Positions 8,798 through 19,649 of a stretch of DNA of 64,000 nt are shown here, in pieces; position 1 is the first letter of the stretch, and each line of letters opens with the position of its first letter. The notes beneath the pieces were generated by a model. It saw nothing but the letters and a program-made list of their open reading frames with translations. It had not been told where the DNA came from and did no database searches. Source of the DNA: a virus (taxonomy: Duplodnaviria > Caudoviricetes); IMG/VR virus record IMGVR_UViG_3300026549_000895, positions 32,001 through 96,000 of that record; one strand, given 5' to 3'. The position numbers and the translations under genes are program-made.

Positions 8798-9965
8798 CAG
8801 TATGTTCACGTGAATTGCAAGTTCACGCAGTTCTCTTATGAACTTCTTCGGCTTTCGCCGAATGCTCAGACTATATCTTTCAATGCTTGTTATCTCAACA
8901 ATCATTGACATTTCGTTTCGATTTAAATAGGAATTACATGGTAATTGCCCAACACCTATACCACATAAGCTTTGGCTCTACTCTACTCCATTTATATTTT
9001 TCCAAATACAATCAGTTTCGATAGTCGTTGAACGCGTATCTATGGTCTTTTATAAATTTAATTCTGTCAACGAATATATCGGGTATATCCAATTGACAAC
9101 AAATTTCTTCAGATGTTTTATTTTTATCAATCAAATCAAGTATTTTTGGAGTATATTTCCAATAATCAATATCTGATTCTCTGATAATATACATTGATGA
9201 TATTTGCTCCCATTTATGTCGCTTTTTAATATCATATACCGTCGTAGGTGTAACTCCTGTAAAGAAAGCTATATTGCCCAAAGTCAAACCCTGTTCAAGT
9301 AATTCACAAACGTGTTTTATTTGAGAATAACTATACTTATTAGCAGGATTATCAGTTCCATATCTTGGCTTACACAGACCTGTTTTCCAAGCATGCTCAA
9401 TATTTTCTTTATGAGTAACCCACTCGAGGTTCGATACATCATTATCGGTTTTATCACCGTTTTTATGATTTACATAATCTCTGGTCAAATCATCATTTGG
9501 TATATAAGCTTTTGCGACAAGTCGATGAACTTGATAGGTTTTTGAAGTCTTTGATATTGGATCATGTAAATCTATCAATAAGTAGCCAGATGGATTTGGA
9601 TATGGTTTGAGAAATCTTTTTGATATTTCACTATATATTCTTCCATCTCGAGTTACTAAGTATGGGTATTTTATACCATCACATTCAATTCTTGCTATCC
9701 TATTATTATTTTCATCATAATATACGATATAACATCACCTTCTTTCTTTCAGTATTTTTAATTCCCGATATTCATAGATACTTCGCTGCGGATTGACCAT
9801 ATATCTCATGACCTTAATTACTATACAATCGGCATTACCCGATTCCGCCATATTCTTGCAAATATGGTTTAGTAGTCAGAGCTCTTAGGCATCCAGATTA
9901 AATCCAGATAGTGATTTCGGCAATCACTCTTCCCCGTCAATTTAGAAACATTTGGCCGCCAGTTG
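8798..9965 (-). ncRNA. group I self-splicing intron with HNH ORF
   Basis: 5' exon ends ...AAUGGU and pairs with intron GCCA (U.G at splice site); Q element AATCCGCAGCGAAG (~9781-9794); R element TCAACGACTA (~9022-9031); S element AAGATATAGTCTG (~8867-8879); terminal G; spliced junction reads TTNG|PNSLG. Confidence 0.88.
9012..9728 (-). CDS. intron-encoded NUMOD4/HNH homing endonuclease
   Basis: VHRLVA...VNHKNGDKTDNDVSNLEWVTHKEN; frame is open 50 codons beyond the track's start (YLVTRDGRIYS...SGYL) to ATC 9728, 6 nt after a GAAGGTGA SD. Confidence 0.85.
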   Translation of the reverse strand: MVYYDENNNRIARIECDGIKYPYLVTRDGRIYSEISKRFLKPYPNPSGYLLIDLHDPISKTSKTYQVHRLVAKAYIPNDDLTRDYVNHKNGDKTDNDVSNLEWVTHKENIEHAWKTGLCKPRYGTDNPANKYSYSQIKHVCELLEQGLTLGNIAFFTGVTPTTVYDIKKRHKWEQISSMYIIRESDIDYWKYTPKILDLIDKNKTSEEICCQLDIPDIFVDRIKFIKDHRYAFNDYRN

Positions 9966-11258
9966 ACCATTTGTGGTATACTTAAGATTCTCATAATAAT
10001 CCAGATCATTTGCAAAATCTATAGACTGAACAAGTTCTGTCTTATACAGATTCTTTATAACCTGGAAAGCATTCATCTTCATTTTTGGTTCAGCATCATC
10101 CATCTTCAATAATGTTCCATACTTAAACAAAGATTTCAGCTTGGCAGATATCTCAGCAGTTACAATTGTAGATATAGCTTCATTCATTCTGAATCTCTTA
10201 TTTGAGAAATTGAATATATCAACATCTTTGAATTCTGTCTGGAGAATATATCTTAAGAAAGTACACATGTTACGTTTATCACATTCAGGAATAGGAAGAT
10301 TTAAAGCTGTTGCAGTATCAAGCATTCTTCCAACATATACCTGATGACATGCTCCTCTGTGATCAAGAGTTCCAGGATACTCAGATAACTTCCAAATCCA
10401 CCAGTTCGGATTCGACAGATTCTCATAAGTTTCTACTTCATAATCACGTATCATCTTACATGCCATTACCAGAATATTACGAACATATTTGAAGTCCGGT
10501 CTATCTAAAGCTTTACGATATGCCTTGATATAAATCTCATATTCTGGTTCAGGTTTGAAGTATTCAAACTTATCTGTGTCATCCCCTACCCCCTGACAAA
10601 ACTGTAAAATCGGGAAAACTTCGAGATATGACAGTACACAAGGGATGTGCATGAATGATGCCAATGTCAACTCAAACTGTTTGAACACCTGTACGTTTAC
10701 AACGTTTGCATCCGAAACAATGTAACCATTCAGAGAAGTTTCAGTTGTCGGAATTCTTTCTATCGTAATAGGAAGCAATGATTTGAAAACTGAACCATTG
10801 TTCTTTGCGGGATATAACAGTTTATCTACGAGCTGATACTGAGTATACTTTATGTCATCCAACAGATATCTACCATGTTTATCTTCTATCGGAATATACA
10901 TCTTGGAAGGAATAACCTTTCTAACAAGGTTATCAAATTTATCTCTTGCACCGAGATAAATATCAAAGTATAAGATGCCAATTCTCGATGGTTTGGTAGA
11001 CTTGGTTTTTATCTTTGTACCTGTTTCTCTACGTCTATCCTGTATCTCATCTATCGAAGGATGAGGATCCCATCTGAAATTAATTAAATGGATGAACGGC
11101 GTTACGCCGTCATCTATTTTGTATAAGTTCAGAATATTCAATATTTCGATGTCTTGTAAAGCTTTCTTTACATAAACCCATAATGGAATATCTTCACCGA
11201 GTTTAACGCTGACTTTTCCAAAAGGATTATCCAGATTTTTGACTATATAATCTTTCAT
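9966..11258 (-). CDS. RNA polymerase beta subunit N-terminal half (non-virion RNAP type; phiKZ gp123/AR9 gp105-like), exon 1
   Basis: DIFNFSNKRFRMNE corresponds to beta DIDHLGNRRIRSVGE; spliced product about 568 aa, the size class of the split nvRNAP beta-N subunit. Confidence 0.75.
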
Positions 11259-11331
11259 CTTCTAATCACACTCCGATCAAAAATTTAGTATAGATAGGTG
11301 TATTTCCATCCATCGAAAAAATTATATAAAT

Positions 11332-14300
11332 ATGAAAGAAGGGAATGTCTTGAAAAGAAAGTATCCCATAACGACTCCGGATACTCTAAGAAGAGTTCTT
11401 CATACCAACAAAGCTTTCTTTGATACTCATGTAAAAAAGAATGAAGGCTATGTTGATACCAACGGTTCTGTTTATAATGGAACGGTTGAAAACTTTGGTG
11501 GAGAGCTTTTGTTAGAATCCAGAAAGTTATTATTGAATAAACCAAGCATTGACAAAATCAAAGTATCATCTGAATTTCTTCAATATTTTGATATTAAATA
11601 TGCTGGCGATGTTAGTACATATGAACAGCAGAATCTGATTATATGTACTTTGAAAGAAGACGTCTTCACAGATAATCATACATGGCAAATTAAGTTACCA
11701 TGTGACTCTCGACCTATACCGAGATCATTAACCGATACCATCGACTTAGGAATGATTCATTCATTGAGTAAATCGGATTCAATGATAAGTAGAGAGAATT
11801 TCTATCAGACTAATAAAGATGTTGTCATCGTAAAAGACGGTGTTGATATTCCTTTGAAGTTTTCAGAGATTGGCAACAATACAATCTATGCAAGATATTG
11901 GTATTGCGATAAGCAAATGTATACTGATATTCCGGCTCCAGATGATCCCGAAAATAATCACATTATCGGAATCAAATCAATGAATAATATGACTAATTCT
12001 GAATGGAAGAATCAGGTAATGTTTTATATTCAGAATGATACATTGAATACAGTTCCTTACGTTGGTATCGATGCAAGTGCATATGATGATTTTCCGTTGT
12101 TAAGATATGGAGCAAATGGACATGATAATTCATTCGTATTTCCGGGTATGGAACCCGGAACATATGGAATTTATACCGACACTGGAAACTTACCAGAACC
12201 TATCAGAGTTCCAGATGATCCCGAAAGAGTTGATGGAGATTGGTTCATCGAATTAATTCCAGCCAGAGGATATTCCTTTAAGAATGTTGATGGATTATAT
12301 GACAAATCAAATGATTATGTAGTAATTGATAAAGTTGTGTACTATCGAGCTGATAGTTACGATGGTACTCGTACTGCGGAATATGAATATGATATTCCTT
12401 CGGATTACGTTCATCATTTCCCATGCAATAATATCAATGGATTTATGAATGATGGAAAGATGTATACAACACGATCATTCTCAACTCTAATAAATCCGGA
12501 CAATACTCATATCTATTATGATCGTATACAACATAAATACTATACTTGGAATGGTATTATCTATAAAGAAATCCTTTCAGGTCAAGGTATCCAATACTAT
12601 ACAGATGAAAACGAAGTTGTTCATGGATATGCAGCATTTGATAATTACCGATATAACTATAGAAAAGATGAAGCCGATAAGTGGGTTATCACTGCTTTGT
12701 TGAGAGCAGAATATCAAACTTCCGCTTTATACAATTATGAATATTTAAAAGGCGATGCGGTTTCTGGTATTCATATCAATTCAACTTCAATGCATTCTGA
12801 CAATGGTATTATTGAAAAGAATGGTATAACTCACAACATGTGTGATTTCGATGGTCTTCCTTCTTACTTCCATAATTTCTATAACAATAGAAATGTATGT
12901 TTCTCTCGTTCAATTATATATGCAATTCGTGATGATATCAATCATGAAAATCAATCCCCAACTGATAAGCCAACTGCTGGATTGATTGTTGATTCTGGTT
13001 ATCCTATCACACAAGTCAAGTATTCATATGACATGGAATCAGATATTCATTATGTCGATCCGGATGCATATGAAGGCGATGGTGAATATTCATCCACAAC
13101 GAATTATCTTTCTGATATTGCATATGTTGACGATGATGAATTCGCTGATACACATTTAACAGGTGAGAATGTTCGCTATCGTTTTATTTATCACGGTAAT
13201 CATTTCTTCTCAACCGATATTGTTGAATTCGACCCAGATATGAACTATGGTCGTGTATATTACGTTGGTAATGATCCTGCCGTATTCACATCAAATTTAG
13301 ATGGACATTTACCCGGAAGAACATTAGCCAGAATTTGTGATATTCCGACTTCATTTACTCAATTACAGAATATACATGATTATGCTCCAACATACGTTGT
13401 TGATGTTGAATATAATAGAACAGAATCTCCATACGAAGAAGATGAACAATTAAAAGTATGGGATGAATATGTTCCAGAGTGGGTTCGTTCCAATAATGGA
13501 GTAATCTTCCCGAAGTATTATCGGTATTATGATTTTTGGAGAGATTATTTAACCAGCGGAAATCCCCATTGTGTATACGATAATCTGAATTGTTATATTA
13601 CAATTCCTTCTGCTGATAATACAATAACTATCAACAATGCCGGTACTGGTTATGACATTGATGATGAATTTTCTATTCAAATTGGTGGCCAAACCATCAA
13701 TGGTGTTGTTACAGATGCGAACAATGGTGAAGTTATATCTATCGAAATAGATGGCTCCTTCAATATTCATTATACTTTCTTATCACAATTAACAACATTT
13801 ACAACCACAACAAAAGTTGGTTCTGGTACTGGATTAACTTTGGATATCAATGTTCCAGATTACAATTCATATCTGAGACAGCTGAAAGGTTATCCAGAAG
13901 ACATGTTCGTTCTGATGTTTGATAGCATAGATAATTTGTGGATATACAATGCTACAAATAGTGAATTCACAAAAGAATGCAAATTGACAGGTGTCAATCA
14001 TCCTGATAATCCATATGTTGATGAATCAATTGAAATGAATGATGCTTTCATTAATGATTTAAAGAATAAGAATATCTTTGTTCCAAACAATTATCTGCAT
14101 AAGAAAATAAATGATGAAATAAAGATTCCCGTCAATCAGAATTCTCCTTCAATTACAACTGATATTCTTCCTTTGGATATTCCTATTGATACTCCTGAAG
14201 ACTTATCTGCTTATCTTGAATTGATATATCAAAATGAACAGAACTCAATGTTCTTCATTTACAAAAATTCATATGAGGATCATTATAGAACATATAAGAT

Positions 14301-15138
14301 TGAAACATATCCCGATTCAGAAGTGAATGAAGTTGTATTACCAAAGAATCATCAACTCAATCTGAAAAGGTATTCGAACATGAGTTGTGCTTTCTCATAT
14401 ACAGGACGTGATAAGAGTCAAATGGATATGTGTATCTTCAATCCTTCTAAGACAACAATTTCTTCTTATGAATGGAAGAGTTCTGGAACATATGTGAATG
14501 AAACAGTACCTAATGCTCCAAAGGTTGTTGCTGATTCAGGACCTACATACATTTCAGAAGCCGTTCACGATGAATCATATGTAACACGTGGAAATATTTA
14601 CATGTCTGCATCGGATCATTATAACGGTTGGGTTGAGAATTTACAATCAACACTGGAAGAAATGAGTCGTGATGAATTGTTACAATATATCGAAGATACT
14701 TTCAAGAATGAACATTGTGAACCCTTGGAAGCTGAAAGAGCATATATCGAAACTATCGATGAAGATCTTCCTTTCTACAGATATTCCAAGGAAGACTTGA
14801 TAACATACATCATAGCCAACAGTGTTGATGAAGTCAACAAAGTAGATGGTGTACATCTTGTTCAAACTATTAATACAAGAATGGACTCTGATGAATATCA
14901 TGCTACCGGTGATTGGCAATTGATTGATGTTGAAACATATGATCCAAATGCAATTGTTAATACAAATGAACGGAGACCAAATGAGATTTGTTATGTATTC
15001 AAGTTTGATTCTTTGATAGCAGATTTTGATCAGTTCAGAATGTTCGATGCTGATGGAGTAGATATATCAGATAAATGCTTACTCATCTATGATGGTAATG
15101 CTTGGTATTTCAGCAACAATAGATGGGTTCGTAAATAA
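11332..15138 (+). CDS. large virion structural protein (tail/baseplate-associated), paralog of next gene
   Basis: 1268 aa; shares YGRxYYVGNDPA...RTLARICDIPTS...YxRTE block and the xGxGY...GSGxG module with 15156..18524; start may be TTG 11350. Confidence 0.55.
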   Translation: MKEGNVLKRKYPITTPDTLRRVLHTNKAFFDTHVKKNEGYVDTNGSVYNGTVENFGGELLLESRKLLLNKPSIDKIKVSSEFLQYFDIKYAGDVSTYEQQNLIICTLKEDVFTDNHTWQIKLPCDSRPIPRSLTDTIDLGMIHSLSKSDSMISRENFYQTNKDVVIVKDGVDIPLKFSEIGNNTIYARYWYCDKQMYTDIPAPDDPENNHIIGIKSMNNMTNSEWKNQVMFYIQNDTLNTVPYVGIDASAYDDFPLLRYGANGHDNSFVFPGMEPGTYGIYTDTGNLPEPIRVPDDPERVDGDWFIELIPARGYSFKNVDGLYDKSNDYVVIDKVVYYRADSYDGTRTAEYEYDIPSDYVHHFPCNNINGFMNDGKMYTTRSFSTLINPDNTHIYYDRIQHKYYTWNGIIYKEILSGQGIQYYTDENEVVHGYAAFDNYRYNYRKDEADKWVITALLRAEYQTSALYNYEYLKGDAVSGIHINSTSMHSDNGIIEKNGITHNMCDFDGLPSYFHNFYNNRNVCFSRSIIYAIRDDINHENQSPTDKPTAGLIVDSGYPITQVKYSYDMESDIHYVDPDAYEGDGEYSSTTNYLSDIAYVDDDEFADTHLTGENVRYRFIYHGNHFFSTDIVEFDPDMNYGRVYYVGNDPAVFTSNLDGHLPGRTLARICDIPTSFTQLQNIHDYAPTYVVDVEYNRTESPYEEDEQLKVWDEYVPEWVRSNNGVIFPKYYRYYDFWRDYLTSGNPHCVYDNLNCYITIPSADNTITINNAGTGYDIDDEFSIQIGGQTINGVVTDANNGEVISIEIDGSFNIHYTFLSQLTTFTTTTKVGSGTGLTLDINVPDYNSYLRQLKGYPEDMFVLMFDSIDNLWIYNATNSEFTKECKLTGVNHPDNPYVDESIEMNDAFINDLKNKNIFVPNNYLHKKINDEIKIPVNQNSPSITTDILPLDIPIDTPEDLSAYLELIYQNEQNSMFFIYKNSYEDHYRTYKIETYPDSEVNEVVLPKNHQLNLKRYSNMSCAFSYTGRDKSQMDMCIFNPSKTTISSYEWKSSGTYVNETVPNAPKVVADSGPTYISEAVHDESYVTRGNIYMSASDHYNGWVENLQSTLEEMSRDELLQYIEDTFKNEHCEPLEAERAYIETIDEDLPFYRYSKEDLITYIIANSVDEVNKVDGVHLVQTINTRMDSDEYHATGDWQLIDVETYDPNAIVNTNERRPNEICYVFKFDSLIADFDQFRMFDADGVDISDKCLLIYDGNAWYFSNNRWVRK

Positions 15139-15155
15139 AGAAAGAAGGTAATATA

Positions 15156-18100
15156 ATGGCTGATAAAAATTTCTTATATTCAGGAGCCAATACCATGAGA
15201 ATACTCATGGATCAAGAACGAAAGCATTGGTTGCTAAAGACAGATAAATCAAAAACATTACAGGACAAAGAAACCGGTGATATGTTTAAATCGGTTATCG
15301 ACAATAACGGTGGAGAGATTGTTCTCTCCACCGAGAAACTTACTGATTCCAACGATTTCTTTCAGACATTGAAATTCAATGTTGCAACTTCATCAGGTAG
15401 TGACATTCTGGAATTTCAATCTTCGGCTTTCACTTATTGTCCTGAAGTGAATGGTTTGACATTCGCTCGTGTTAAAGCTTCAAAGTATCCATATTCATAT
15501 GGAGGAAGTGTACAATATTTCAATTACAAAGTCAAATTTGAAAACTGTGAAATTGTTACTTTGTTATTTGGAACATCAAAGAATTCTTCAAATGTAATTC
15601 CTACAAAATGGATCAAAACCTCAACTGTTCCAAAGGTTGTTGTAATCAATACGGCTGATTCAAATAATGTAATTGTCGAACAATCTTTGGCATTTGATTC
15701 CAATATAACAAATCCGGTTTGGTATTATCCATTAACGGAATCTTTACAGCCTTTTGCTTTGACAGAAACCGCGGCTAATGAATACACAACTTCATTGGTA
15801 GTTTCAGATAATAACATTGGATATCCAATGTATTGGTTCACTTGTGATAATTCAAACATTGGACCGAATGTGACAATAACCGATGCTGGTAATGTCAATA
15901 ACAACGGTGACACAATTATCTATTTCGGTTCGGAAGGTAATGGTTCTCGGTATAATGTTCTTGGATATGTCGGTATAGATGGAAATGAAGATGCTACTCC
16001 AACATGCGATTCAACATCCAATTTCTTTATACTCGTACATCCAAAGGATCCCAACGTAACATTCTCCGGAAACATACTTACTGACAGGCATATCGATTTG
16101 TCAAGAAATATAGTTTTCCGAGATGATACTGATCTTACAGAGCACACGATTCCGATTGTATTCTCTTCAGATGAAGGTAGTACAATATTGATGAATACAG
16201 ATGATTGTGTTTGGAATTATGAAGATAACACAACATATTCTATTCAGATGAATACATTTGATAGAAACTGCATGAATACCGGAACAACAATAAGCAATCT
16301 GCTTCCATTCATAAAAATACATCTTGATGAATCAGTTCCATTCGAAGTTGATGATACTGACTATGGAATGGCTGGTGTGTATATGTCATCCATGAATCCA
16401 AAGGATGATATTCAAACAGGTTATCCTTTTGATATTTCTAACTTTGATGGCTTGCCGACATGGATGACAACGGATGAACCAGATCGTCAAAGACTTGCTA
16501 TGTATGCAATTCATAACACTCCGTTCTATGCTGAAAGCGATCCTATGTCACGCCAAGTATCAGGATTGTTATTCGATCTTGGTGAAACAGTTCCTGATTC
16601 AGATGAATCATTGTCTTCTAATCAGTATGGAAGAATCTATTACGTAGGTAATGACCCAGCTGAATACGAAAACAACGCAACTTCAGAACATCCAAAACCT
16701 GCGAGAACATTGGCAAGAATTTGTGATATACCAACCTCTGTTGTTCAGTTATCAAACATATCCGGTTTGGCACCTTCTTCAATTGTTGATAAGAAATATG
16801 TTCGTACAGAAGCTTCTTATACAGAAGAAGAAAAAGATAGAGTATGGAATATTCTGTCATCAAGATGGGTTCGCCCTTCAAATGTAGATGAAGATAATAA
16901 TCCTATTTATTCAGAAGGACAAACAATGGTATTCAATTCCGAAGAAGATTTGAATCGTGTTGATTTGATTTCCCACAATGATTTCCGTTATCGTTTGAAT
17001 CTCAATCCCAAAGTTGATACTGATGATGTTTATATTTCATCAATTACAGAAAAGGGATCTGGATATGCTTTCAATGATAACATTCTTCTCGTTGTCGGAG
17101 GTTTCTCATTCAATATTCAAGTATTGACAGTTGATGCAGATGGTGGAGTATTGACAGCCGGTATTGGTGCTGCAGAAGCTTCCGAAATCAATCTTTCTAA
17201 CTTCAATATGAATTCTTCAGGTTCCGGTAATACAGAAGAATATTCGACATCTCCTCGAAATGGTTCTGGTTCTGGTTTCAAATGCATTCTTGGAATTAGA
17301 AATTATTCTCAATATCAACCGAAAAAGGGTGGAATCTTTGAAGACTTGTTTGCAGTTGTTCATCTTTCTGATGGAATATACTTCTATCAATATAAGATAA
17401 ATCATCCTTCAAAGGAAACTCTGTTGACTGGTCATTGGGAGAAAGGTCAAAAGATATCTTCATTGGTTGATTCTTCTCAAATAACTGCGGATGGAAATCT
17501 ATCTGTTGAAGACGCTTACACTGTCGGAAATATTCCTCATTACAGAGGTATCAATGTTCAACGTAATATTGATGATTCTCCGACATTGACAATTGTTGGA
17601 ATGAAAACAAATAACTGTATAAACATTCCTTCATCAAGTGTTATCACACCGCTCAATTCCGATATAAATAAATTCTATTCAAATGGAGAAACTCTGAGTG
17701 CTACTGCAACAATGAGAACTCCATATGGAGTATCAAAGGCATTACATAACATTTCGAAATTGTATTATGATTCATATATCATTTGGAGATGGAAAACAAA
17801 TTCCTCAACAGATTTGAATTTCGAATATGCAATCATTCGTCGTTCTTTGAACAATTACATTTCGACTGATGTTACCAATTACTTACCTCCGAACGATTTG
17901 TATGTGAAGGATTATCTCCACACAAACGATGCAACTACAATCGTATGGAATACACCTGACAATCAAACATTTATATTTGTATTTGATGCTGAATATCAAA
18001 AGCACGAATCATATCAATATATCAACAATGGATTCCAAATCCAAACAAAGGATTTCTCATTTGATGATATTGATATAAAGACTGCAGCTTCTTATATAGC

Positions 18101-18524
18101 TCCTGTTTTGTTTGATGGAGATGGTCCTCTGGGTAAACTTGCTTGGAACATCATGACAACATCACCAACACTCGTGCATGCCAATGGAGCAATTCGTATT
18201 GATAACGATGTTGTTACATTCTCAGATTGGGAGATTGGCATTCAAAGACAAAACATCACACACGTTCCCATTGGTGGATGGCGTTGTATAATGCCAAAAC
18301 AAACAAAGTTCCGGTTCATCAATGGAACCACACAAGTTGTTCCAATTCAAATGGATGTGATTCGTCGTTCAGCAACAGCTTCTCAACAAACGGTCAGATT
18401 TGTTAAAGATTCAAATGCTGTTGATGTATCAGATCATACTTTGATTATTGATACAAATACATCTACGAATGAAACACATCTGAAAGTTTACAATCCTTCA
18501 ATTGACCAGTTCCAAGAATTATAA
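15156..18524 (+). CDS. large virion structural protein (tail/baseplate-associated)
   Basis: 1122 aa; GAAGGT SD; beta-rich; paralogous blocks with upstream gene. Confidence 0.55.
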   Translation: MADKNFLYSGANTMRILMDQERKHWLLKTDKSKTLQDKETGDMFKSVIDNNGGEIVLSTEKLTDSNDFFQTLKFNVATSSGSDILEFQSSAFTYCPEVNGLTFARVKASKYPYSYGGSVQYFNYKVKFENCEIVTLLFGTSKNSSNVIPTKWIKTSTVPKVVVINTADSNNVIVEQSLAFDSNITNPVWYYPLTESLQPFALTETAANEYTTSLVVSDNNIGYPMYWFTCDNSNIGPNVTITDAGNVNNNGDTIIYFGSEGNGSRYNVLGYVGIDGNEDATPTCDSTSNFFILVHPKDPNVTFSGNILTDRHIDLSRNIVFRDDTDLTEHTIPIVFSSDEGSTILMNTDDCVWNYEDNTTYSIQMNTFDRNCMNTGTTISNLLPFIKIHLDESVPFEVDDTDYGMAGVYMSSMNPKDDIQTGYPFDISNFDGLPTWMTTDEPDRQRLAMYAIHNTPFYAESDPMSRQVSGLLFDLGETVPDSDESLSSNQYGRIYYVGNDPAEYENNATSEHPKPARTLARICDIPTSVVQLSNISGLAPSSIVDKKYVRTEASYTEEEKDRVWNILSSRWVRPSNVDEDNNPIYSEGQTMVFNSEEDLNRVDLISHNDFRYRLNLNPKVDTDDVYISSITEKGSGYAFNDNILLVVGGFSFNIQVLTVDADGGVLTAGIGAAEASEINLSNFNMNSSGSGNTEEYSTSPRNGSGSGFKCILGIRNYSQYQPKKGGIFEDLFAVVHLSDGIYFYQYKINHPSKETLLTGHWEKGQKISSLVDSSQITADGNLSVEDAYTVGNIPHYRGINVQRNIDDSPTLTIVGMKTNNCINIPSSSVITPLNSDINKFYSNGETLSATATMRTPYGVSKALHNISKLYYDSYIIWRWKTNSSTDLNFEYAIIRRSLNNYISTDVTNYLPPNDLYVKDYLHTNDATTIVWNTPDNQTFIFVFDAEYQKHESYQYINNGFQIQTKDFSFDDIDIKTAASYIAPVLFDGDGPLGKLAWNIMTTSPTLVHANGAIRIDNDVVTFSDWEIGIQRQNITHVPIGGWRCIMPKQTKFRFINGTTQVVPIQMDVIRRSATASQQTVRFVKDSNAVDVSDHTLIIDTNTSTNETHLKVYNPSIDQFQEL

Positions 18525-18532
18525 AAAAGAAA

Positions 18533-18555
18533 ATGCCCCGGGAATCCCGGGGCAT
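18533..18555. terminator. bidirectional terminator
   Basis: ATGCCCCGGG-AAT-CCCGGGGCAT between convergent genes. Confidence 0.75.
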
Positions 18556-18560
18556 ACTTT

Positions 18561-19568
18561 TTAAGATACAATTCCGAGTTCAATCTTATCGGGAGCAACA
18601 CCACAATCTTTGTCAATCATATTTTTGAATACTTTGACTCTGTAAAAACACTTTCTGTATTTCTTGATTTGTTTCTCAATATTGGTATAATCGTCATCAC
18701 AAATGATATTTACTTCAACAGATTCACCAAACAAACCTCTACCTATCAACCATTCAAATCCAGAAGAATACATTCTTCCCATGACAGCTATGAAGACATC
18801 ATTCATTTCAGTGAAATCAGATTCATCAACAGATTGTTCCAATTTGTTTTGCATTCCGATGACATCCATAACACCTTCACCCATCCATACTCTTATTACT
18901 CTTCCGGATAGATTGAATAAGTTTCCTATTACATAAATATTCTTTTCATGTTCTCGTTTGTTTGAAATGACCATCCATCTTTCACCTTTTCCAGATACTA
19001 ATCTTCCAACAACACTTCCATTTCTCATTCTGAACCAGATTCTATTATTCAAAATGATATGAGGATCGGTTACTTGTTTATATCCGATATCAATAAGATA
19101 CTTTTTGATGTTTGATACAACACACCATTCCAACATTTTATTTGTATCAATTGATTTAATATCGAAACGCTTCTTCATATATTCAATGATGTTGTTATCA
19201 TATCTATCATTGATTAAGTATTCTTTCAGATTACATTCAACATCACCATTTGAACTTTTGATTTGTTTACGATAACCTGAACTATTTCCTCTGATGATTT
19301 GGTCAAGTTCATTAACATCTCCATCATGAAAACTTCCAATACCTAATTTATCCAGAAATGTTGAATTGACAACTCCACTTTCTTGACAAATAAAACAATG
19401 ATAAAGCATTGGAGTATCATCATCTAATATCATTTTGATATAACATTTTCCTTTTCTTTCTCCACACCAAGGACAATAACAAATGCATTCTTGATCGTTT
19501 TGTCTTTTTAATAAACCACTATCAAGAATTCTCATTTTCCAATCTAACAATTTTCCATTGTTTCCCAT
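18561..19568 (-). CDS. DNA primase (Zn finger + TOPRIM, DnaG/T4 gp61-like)
   Basis: CPWCG...YHCFIC zinc finger; MGEGVMDVI and ICDDD TOPRIM motifs; KDCG near C-terminus; AAGGAGG SD. Confidence 0.8.
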   Translation of the reverse strand: MGNNGKLLDWKMRILDSGLLKRQNDQECICYCPWCGERKGKCYIKMILDDDTPMLYHCFICQESGVVNSTFLDKLGIGSFHDGDVNELDQIIRGNSSGYRKQIKSSNGDVECNLKEYLINDRYDNNIIEYMKKRFDIKSIDTNKMLEWCVVSNIKKYLIDIGYKQVTDPHIILNNRIWFRMRNGSVVGRLVSGKGERWMVISNKREHEKNIYVIGNLFNLSGRVIRVWMGEGVMDVIGMQNKLEQSVDESDFTEMNDVFIAVMGRMYSSGFEWLIGRGLFGESVEVNIICDDDYTNIEKQIKKYRKCFYRVKVFKNMIDKDCGVAPDKIELGIVS

Positions 19569-19605
19569 TAATTAAAAACCTCCTTTTGAATTTGATTGGT
19601 GTTAT

Positions 19606-19626
19606 TCATTAAAATGATATATTTAC
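19606..19626 (-). promoter_or_regulatory. candidate early phage promoter for primase
   Basis: TAAATATATCATTTTAATGAA on minus strand. Confidence 0.4.
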
Positions 19627-19649
19627 ATTAAATATTATTTCTCTCAAAT

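Noticed and set aside
8384-8911. Independent 175-aa gene as in the ORF track
   Set aside because: Its first 38 codons are intron core (S element and P9 region); the rest is RNAP exon 2.
1636-11258. Chimallin (phage nucleus shell) or PhuZ tubulin gene
   Set aside because: No tubulin signature, and no ORF I can recognise as chimallin; absence from this window says nothing about the rest of the genome.
13246-16850. Diversity-generating retroelement TR/VR pair
   Set aside because: Shared blocks differ mainly at synonymous positions of all base types, both lie in CDSs, and no reverse transcriptase is present.
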